From positions 2,816,001 through 2,880,000 of the forward strand of contig OZ242008.1 of the NCBI GenBank assembly GCA_965204735.1: a DNA stretch of 64,000 bases, given 5' to 3'. Source of the stretch: Longimicrobiales bacterium (GTDB taxonomy: Bacteria; Gemmatimonadota; Gemmatimonadetes; Longimicrobiales; Gaopeijiaceae). Below, in pieces: positions 58,357 to 64,000 of the stretch. The notes under the pieces were generated by a model that did no database searches, was not told where the DNA came from, and saw only the letters and a list, made by a program, of their open reading frames with translations. The translations under genes were made by a program, and so were the position numbers. The stretch's first letter is position 1. The number at the start of each line of letters is the position of its first letter.

Positions 58357-59685
58357 ATGCCGCTCTTCGCCAACCGCATGGGCTTGCTGGGAACCGAGAA
58401 CGCCTTCAAGCTGGGCGACGACATTCAGCGTTGCGTGGACAAGGGGATGGAGGTCGTGCGCTTCAATCTGGGCGCGCCGGACTTTCGTTCCGCACCGCAC
58501 TTGAACTTGGTCGCCAACCAGGCCTTGAACGCTGGCCGGTCCGGCTACTGCGACCCGGCCGGCATCTTGCCGTTCCGCGAAGCGGTCGCGCGCCACGTGC
58601 GGCGGACGCGCGGCATCGACGCCACGCCGGACCGCGTGGTCGCGACCCCCGGCGCCAAGCCTCCGATCGGCTACACCTTCATGACGTACGTAAACCCCGG
58701 CGACGAGGTCGTGTACCCGACGCCGGGGTTCCCCATCTACGAGTCCTGGGCGCGCTTCACGCGGGCGGTTCCGGTCCCCCTTCGCCTGACGGACGACAAG
58801 GAGTTCGCCTTCACCGCCGACGACTTGGCGCCTCTGCTTGGCAAGCGGACCAAGCTGGTGATCTTGTGCTCGCCTTCCAACCCTACGGGCGGCGTGCTCT
58901 CGGAGGACGACCTGGAAGGCATCGCCGCGGTGATCCTCGAGCGTTGCGGGCCGGACGTCCGCGTCTACTCCGACGAAATCTACGAGCAGATCCTCTTCGA
59001 TGGGCTGGCGCATCGGAGCATCGCGTCCCACTTGGACATGGAGACGCGCACGGTGATCGCAAGTGGCCACTCCAAGGGCTTTGCCATGACTGGATGGCGG
59101 CTCGGCTGGGCGTTGCTGCCGACCGCGGACGAGGCGGACCGCTTCAAGCAGATCAACATCAACATCGTGTCGTGCGTGCCTCCCTTCTTGCAGGAGGCGG
59201 GGGCGGCCGCCTACGAGGACCCTGCGTCGGCGCAGGAAGTGGGCAAGATGGTGCGCGCGTTCGAGGAGCGGCGGAACTGGATCGTGCCAGCGCTGAACAG
59301 AGTGCCAGGCGTTCGATGCAACATGCCCAAGGGCGCGTTCTACGTCTTCCCCAACGTCGAGGAGCTGTGCAGGCGACTGGGCGTGGGCGAAGCCGTTGAA
59401 GCGCTGCCTCCGGCCGCCAGGGCTCGCGCGACTCCGGCAGGGATGCTCCAGATGTTCCTCTTGTACAGGTACGGAGTTGCGACGATGGATCGGGCGTCGT
59501 TCGGCGAGATCGGCGCCGAGGGGCAGGAGTTCCTGCGCTTGTCGATCGCCAACAGCATGGACGACATCCGGCGCGGAGTCGCGCGCATCGCCGATGCGGC
59601 GGAGGACGCTGCAGGCTTCGCGGCCTTTGCCGCCAGCGCCGAAGCTCCGTGGAACCGGGGCTCCAGATCTGCGGGGTCGGCGTGA
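58357..59685 (+). CDS. Class I/II PLP-dependent aminotransferase (aspartate aminotransferase-like)
   Basis: TPGAKP, SPSNPTG, SDEIY, SKGFAMTGWRLG, PKGAFYVFPN. Confidence 0.92.
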   Translation: MPLFANRMGLLGTENAFKLGDDIQRCVDKGMEVVRFNLGAPDFRSAPHLNLVANQALNAGRSGYCDPAGILPFREAVARHVRRTRGIDATPDRVVATPGAKPPIGYTFMTYVNPGDEVVYPTPGFPIYESWARFTRAVPVPLRLTDDKEFAFTADDLAPLLGKRTKLVILCSPSNPTGGVLSEDDLEGIAAVILERCGPDVRVYSDEIYEQILFDGLAHRSIASHLDMETRTVIASGHSKGFAMTGWRLGWALLPTADEADRFKQININIVSCVPPFLQEAGAAAYEDPASAQEVGKMVRAFEERRNWIVPALNRVPGVRCNMPKGAFYVFPNVEELCRRLGVGEAVEALPPAARARATPAGMLQMFLLYRYGVATMDRASFGEIGAEGQEFLRLSIANSMDDIRRGVARIADAAEDAAGFAAFAASAEAPWNRGSRSAGSA

Positions 59686-59698
59686 CGCCCGCCGCCGG

Positions 59699-60472
59699 CT
59701 ACTCTCCGCTGATGCTGATCTCGAAGAGCTTGGGCCACAACTTGCCGGTCACGTAGAACATCTTGGTAGACGGGTCGTAGGCGATTCCGTTCAAGACGGC
59801 GCCCGGGTCGGACGGCCGGTCGCTGACCAGCGACAAACCGTGGACATCGAGTCTGCCCGTGACCTCGCCCGTTTGCTTGTCGATGCGCAGGATCCCGTTG
59901 GTCGTGTACTGGTTCGCCCACAGCCCGTCCTCGACGCATTCAAGCTCGTTCAGGTTGTGCACCGAGAAGCCGTCTCGGGTGACTCGAAGCTCTTCCAGTA
60001 CCTCGAAGGTCTCGGGGTGCCGGCGGATCAGAGCGCTCGTGCCGTTGGTCATGTACAGGAACTGTCCGTCGTAGCACAACCCCCAGCCTTCTCCACTGTA
60101 CTCGAAGGTGTTCTCCAAAGAGAAGGTCTCGGCGTCGTACACGAACGCCAAGCCCGCCTTCCACGTGAGCTGCACAAGCTTGTCGCCGACCATGGCGAGC
60201 CCCTCGCCGAAGAGCGTGTCTGCCAGCTCGCGGCTTCGAAGGACCTCGCCAGTGGCGATCTCCACCTCTCGCAGCTCGGACTTGCCCAGGAGTCCCGTGC
60301 TTTCGAAGAAAGACCCGCCGCGAAGCAGCAGTCCTTGCGTGTAGGCGTCCGGGTCGTGGGGCAGCGTCCGGTGCAGCTCGTAGCCGAGTTCCGCAACGGG
60401 GTCGACGTCGACGCAGGCCCCGGCGACCAGGACGGCCAGGATCGACGGCTTGAAGGTCTTGGGTATCGTCAA
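59699..60472 (-). CDS. Glutaminyl-peptide cyclotransferase (plant/bacterial type), lipoprotein
   Basis: PHDPDAYTQGL, ESTG, FGEGL, QLTWK, EGWGL, LNELE, VLNGIAYD, VTGKLW; start uncertain (TTG 60472 or ATG 60526). Confidence 0.9.
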   Translation of the reverse strand: MTIPKTFKPSILAVLVAGACVDVDPVAELGYELHRTLPHDPDAYTQGLLLRGGSFFESTGLLGKSELREVEIATGEVLRSRELADTLFGEGLAMVGDKLVQLTWKAGLAFVYDAETFSLENTFEYSGEGWGLCYDGQFLYMTNGTSALIRRHPETFEVLEELRVTRDGFSVHNLNELECVEDGLWANQYTTNGILRIDKQTGEVTGRLDVHGLSLVSDRPSDPGAVLNGIAYDPSTKMFYVTGKLWPKLFEISISGE

Positions 60473-60695
60473 CTTCGCCAGCCTTTCACGGTATTCGGTT
60501 GCAAGCGGCGGCCGACGCTGAAGCATCGGCCCGACGGAGCCGTCGTCGCCGGGGTCGGCTCCCCGGGCACGCGATCGGAAGCGCGAGCGGGGGCTCGTCG
60601 CGGCCGAGTGGAAAGTACCGGATCCGCCGATCGATTCCAAGGAAGCGGGAGTTGTCAGCTGCCGTTCTCGTCTGTCCGGCATCCGCGGCAGCGGG

Positions 60696-63600
60696 TCACC
60701 TGAACCGCAAGGCGCCCTGCAGGCCCAGTCGGCGGTCCGCGGGCTCGGCGCCGCCCGAGACCTCCTCGCCGAAGAGGTTGAGCGTCGCCGCTTCCAGCAC
60801 CGACAGCCGGACCCCCACGTTCAGCCGACGCCCCGAACCGCCCTCGACCGCCCAGCGCCCGAACGGCGCCATTCGCCCGCCGTCCGCCAGCACGATCGCG
60901 TAGTCCACCTCCATGTGGAGCCGGCTGGCGCTCGCGCGCTCGCTCGCAAGCGGCACGCCCCCCGCCTGCGCCGGCGACAGGGAACCGCCCAGCGGCACGC
61001 CGGGCGCGCCCGCTGCCGCTCCCTCCCGCCAGAGCGTCGCCACGCCGCTCGCCGCATTGCCCCAGCTCGGCTCGAGGGTGAACGACAACCCGCCCGCCTC
61101 GCCACTCGGCCGCAGACGCACCGCGACGCTTGCGCCCCACTCCCGGAACGACGACGCCTGATGCGCCACCAGCGCCCGGCCCCGCGCGTCCACGCTCAGC
61201 CCGATGCCCTCGTGCACGTAGCCGATCCCCGCGCCCGCCTCCGCGCCCGCGCCCGTCTCCGCGTCGCCACCGTCGAAGCGCGCGCCCACCTCCACCTGCG
61301 AAGCAATCGACGACCCGCCCGACAGCCCCCAGCGCCCCACGACCTCGGACGCCACGCGCAACCGGCGCACGTTCGCCACGACGCCCGCCAACCCCTCCGC
61401 CTCGTCGGCATCGGTGCGCACCTCGAAAGCGTCCGCCTTCACGGCCAGCACGCCCGTCAGCCGCTGGCGCACGCCCGCCGCCGTCATCGCCATCCCCATG
61501 CCCGTCTCGTACCGGCGGCGCGTCGCGTCCTCCGACAGCGCCGCCGTCCCCCGGCCCGCACCGACCAGCCCCCACACGCTCAACCCCGCGCGCGGCGACC
61601 ACTGCGCGTACGGGTACAAGCTCGTCAGGCGCGCGTCCACCGTGCCCGTGCCGTTGATCCCGCTCTCGAAGCCGATCAAGCTCGTCGTTCGCGACAGCGC
61701 CAAGCCCACCAGCGGCCCCGCCCCGAACCGGTAGTCGGCGCCCAGGTACGCCGAGCGCACCGTGCCGTCCAGCGCAAGGTCGTCTTCGGGCCGGCCCTCG
61801 AAGCCGCCGGCGCTGGCTCGGCCCCAGAACGTCCACCCGCCGGGCGCCGCCTGCGCGCCGCCGGCGGCGCCTGCGCCCGGCGAGAACCGGAACGACGACC
61901 GCGTGAGCAGCTCGTCGCGCGTCACGGGGTCCATGGCGACCAGCCGACCCCAGCGGGGACGGTCGCCGCGCCCGCCCGTGGCGCCGAGGCCCGAGGCCCG
62001 GCCGCCCGTGGCGCCGAAGCCGCCCTGTCCGCCCAAGCTACCCGTAGTGCCCAAGCCGCCCTGTGCGCCGAAGCTGCCGGCGGCGCCGATCTGGGCCGAT
62101 CGTCCGAAGGCGTCCGCCAGCCCGCGCAGTGCGCCCGCGTCGTGGCCTCCCTTCGCAGCCGCCCGCAGCGCCGACGCGAGGCTGCCCGCTCCGTGCGACG
62201 GCCGCACGCCGAGCAGCCCGGCGGCCTGCCTGGCCAGCTCCTGCAGGTCGCAGCGCTCCGCGGCGCCGACGCACGAAAGCGACCGGCCGCCGACTTGAAG
62301 ATGCGCCGCGCCCATCGCGCCCATTGCAGTGGGATCGTCCGCCGCGCCCAGCCGTCCGCCGATCGCTTCCACCGTCTCCGTGCCCACGCTCCGACCGAAG
62401 GCGGCCAGCGAGCGCTTCAGGATGCGGGCGCGGTCCGCACGCGACGCCTCGACCGTCACCAAGAAGCTCTGCTCGGCTTCCGCCCCCTCGGGGTCGACCG
62501 CCCTCACCGTCACGGTGGACTGGCCCACCGCCGCCGCATGGATCGTCAAGACGCCGCCTTCCTCGTCCACTCGCACCGACCGCGGCGTCGCCGAAGCCGC
62601 GAAGTACCGGAGCTCGTCGCCGTCGGGATCGCGGAAGTGCGCCGACAAGTCGACGACGGCCGGCGGACTCGCCACCTCCATCGTCTTCGGCGCGATCTCC
62701 GACACCACTTCCGGCGCTCGATTCTCCTCCGCCGCGACGTCGCCGGCCGCTCGGCTCCCGTCCACCTTGTGCGCCGCGCTCGTCGGCACCGAGTCGTGCG
62801 TCAGAACGGCCGCCGCCGTGTCGCCCGGCGCCGTGAGCGTGCTGCCGTTCAGCTCCAATGCGTTCGCCGCGATGCTCAGCCCGTCCGCGTCCCGGTCGCC
62901 CGCCTGCACCACGTACGTGAAGCCGTAGCTTGGCCGCGCGCCCGGAGCGCCGAGGTACGTCGCGTGCCGCGTCGAGTCCCCCACCTGCAACGCGATCCGC
63001 GGCCGCCCGCCGACCGTGTCCACCGAAGCACTTCGGTCGAAGTCCACCACCACCACAACTTGCTCGCCGCGCAGGTACGTGTCGCCGCTCGCCGGGGCGT
63101 TCAACCACACCCAGCGCACATGTGGAGCGCCCGTCCGACCGCCGTCCACCTTGAAGGCCGAGTCCGCCGCCACCGGCGCGTGCGACAGGTCCGCCGACAC
63201 CGTGTCGTCCGGCGCCGTGATCGAACCGCCGTTCAGCTCCAATGCGTCGGCCGCGACGCTCAGCCCGTCGGCGTCCCGGTCGCTCGCCTGCACCACGTAC
63301 TTGAACACCTGTCGCGCCGGCGTATTCGTGAACTGATGCGAGTAGGTCGCGTGCCGCGTCGAGTCCCCGATCTCGAGGGCGATCCGCGGCCGGCCTCCCG
63401 TCGTGTCCACGGCAACGGCTCGGTCGAAGTGCACGCTCGCGTAGAGCACTTCGCCCCGCGTGTACGTGCTGTCCCGCGACGGAGGCGGACCGACGGCCAA
63501 CCACTGCACCTTCGCGGCTCTCGCTCGGCTCCCGTCCACCTTGTGCGCCGCGCTCGTCGGCACCGAGTCGTGCGTCAGAACGGCCGCCGCCGTGTCGCCC

Positions 63601-64000
63601 GGCGCCGTGAGCGTGCCGCCGTTCAGCTCCAATGCGTTCGCCGCGATGCTCAGCCCGTCCGCGTCCCGGTCGCCCGCCTGCACCACGTACGTGAAGCCGT
63701 AGCTCGGCCGCGCGCCCGGAGCGCCGAGGTACGTCGCGTGCCGCGTCGAGTCCCCCACCTGCAACGCGATCCGCGGCCGCCCGCCGACCGTGTCCACCGA
63801 AGCGCTTCGGTCGAAGTCCACCACCACCACAACTTGCTCGCCGCGCAGGTACGTGTCGCCGCTCGCCGGGGCGTTCAACCACACCCAGCGCACATGTGGA
63901 GCGCCCGTCCGACCGCCGTCCACCTTGAAGGCCGAGTCCGCCGCCACCGGCGCGTGCGACAGGTCCGCCGACACCGTGTCGTCCGGCGCCGTGATCGAAC
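60696..64000 (-). CDS. Autotransporter-type surface protein with repeated beta-sandwich domains (5' end outside window)
   Basis: C-terminal barrel (WTFWGR, YLGADYRF, SLYPYAQW, EVGARFDGGDAETG, terminal LRFR), NRAPEVV cadherin-like domain, repeated F.YVVQAGDRDADG units. Confidence 0.85.
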   Translation of the reverse strand, partial: SITAPDDTVSADLSHAPVAADSAFKVDGGRTGAPHVRWVWLNAPASGDTYLRGEQVVVVVDFDRSASVDTVGGRPRIALQVGDSTRHATYLGAPGARPSYGFTYVVQAGDRDADGLSIAANALELNGGTLTAPGDTAAAVLTHDSVPTSAAHKVDGSRARAAKVQWLAVGPPPSRDSTYTRGEVLYASVHFDRAVAVDTTGGRPRIALEIGDSTRHATYSHQFTNTPARQVFKYVVQASDRDADGLSVAADALELNGGSITAPDDTVSADLSHAPVAADSAFKVDGGRTGAPHVRWVWLNAPASGDTYLRGEQVVVVVDFDRSASVDTVGGRPRIALQVGDSTRHATYLGAPGARPSYGFTYVVQAGDRDADGLSIAANALELNGSTLTAPGDTAAAVLTHDSVPTSAAHKVDGSRAAGDVAAEENRAPEVVSEIAPKTMEVASPPAVVDLSAHFRDPDGDELRYFAASATPRSVRVDEEGGVLTIHAAAVGQSTVTVRAVDPEGAEAEQSFLVTVEASRADRARILKRSLAAFGRSVGTETVEAIGGRLGAADDPTAMGAMGAAHLQVGGRSLSCVGAAERCDLQELARQAAGLLGVRPSHGAGSLASALRAAAKGGHDAGALRGLADAFGRSAQIGAAGSFGAQGGLGTTGSLGGQGGFGATGGRASGLGATGGRGDRPRWGRLVAMDPVTRDELLTRSSFRFSPGAGAAGGAQAAPGGWTFWGRASAGGFEGRPEDDLALDGTVRSAYLGADYRFGAGPLVGLALSRTTSLIGFESGINGTGTVDARLTSLYPYAQWSPRAGLSVWGLVGAGRGTAALSEDATRRRYETGMGMAMTAAGVRQRLTGVLAVKADAFEVRTDADEAEGLAGVVANVRRLRVASEVVGRWGLSGGSSIASQVEVGARFDGGDAETGAGAEAGAGIGYVHEGIGLSVDARGRALVAHQASSFREWGASVAVRLRPSGEAGGLSFTLEPSWGNAASGVATLWREGAAAGAPGVPLGGSLSPAQAGGVPLASERASASRLHMEVDYAIVLADGGRMAPFGRWAVEGGSGRRLNVGVRLSVLEAATLNLFGEEVSGGAEPADRRLGLQGALRFR
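62749..64000 (-). repeat. Near-identical intragenic duplication, 774-bp period (two ~129-aa related domains per unit)
   Basis: TCCACCTTGTGCGCC at 62761 and 63535; TCCACCTTGAAGG at 63145 and 63919. Confidence 0.9.

Overview
High-GC bacterial DNA. Gene content (Tat-exported enzymes, M14 peptidase/HEAT-PPIase/HIT cluster, sulfotransferase, MpaB-like oxygenase, GPP34, repeat-rich autotransporter) suggests a Gemmatimonadota-like, possibly host-associated organism (inference only). Bases 1-18.4 kb form a defence island: type III R-M (res partial, mod, low-GC DUF2806-like gene between them), a degenerate N6-adenine methylase with a truncated partner, two AAA_14/DUF4143 ATPases, and a ~1400-aa NACHT/STAND NTPase with a C-terminal PD-(D/E)xK-like domain. 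Between the ATPases lies the most striking feature: one intact Rpn/YhgA-family nuclease gene followed by three tandem partial copies. Two different deletions remove the catalytic motif from these copies, while all four keep an internal RBS+ATG for a small C-terminal protein, suggesting an amplified intragenic-antitoxin array. The rest is mostly housekeeping/envelope genes (pcm, beta-propellers, ATL, peptidases, modABC, gmhA/hddA/phoX, aminotransferases). Features the ORF track misses or mis-calls: a UGA-readthrough ArsC-family selenoprotein with a SECIS-like hairpin, a small stand-alone transcription unit with 13 nt of complementarity to the 16S 3' end, a duplicated gene start creating a coupled leader peptide, a complete IS1202-type IS with a 16-bp target duplication beside a decayed PLP-enzyme gene, periodic intergenic repeats and a 27-G tract. 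No CRISPR array, rRNA or tRNA was seen.
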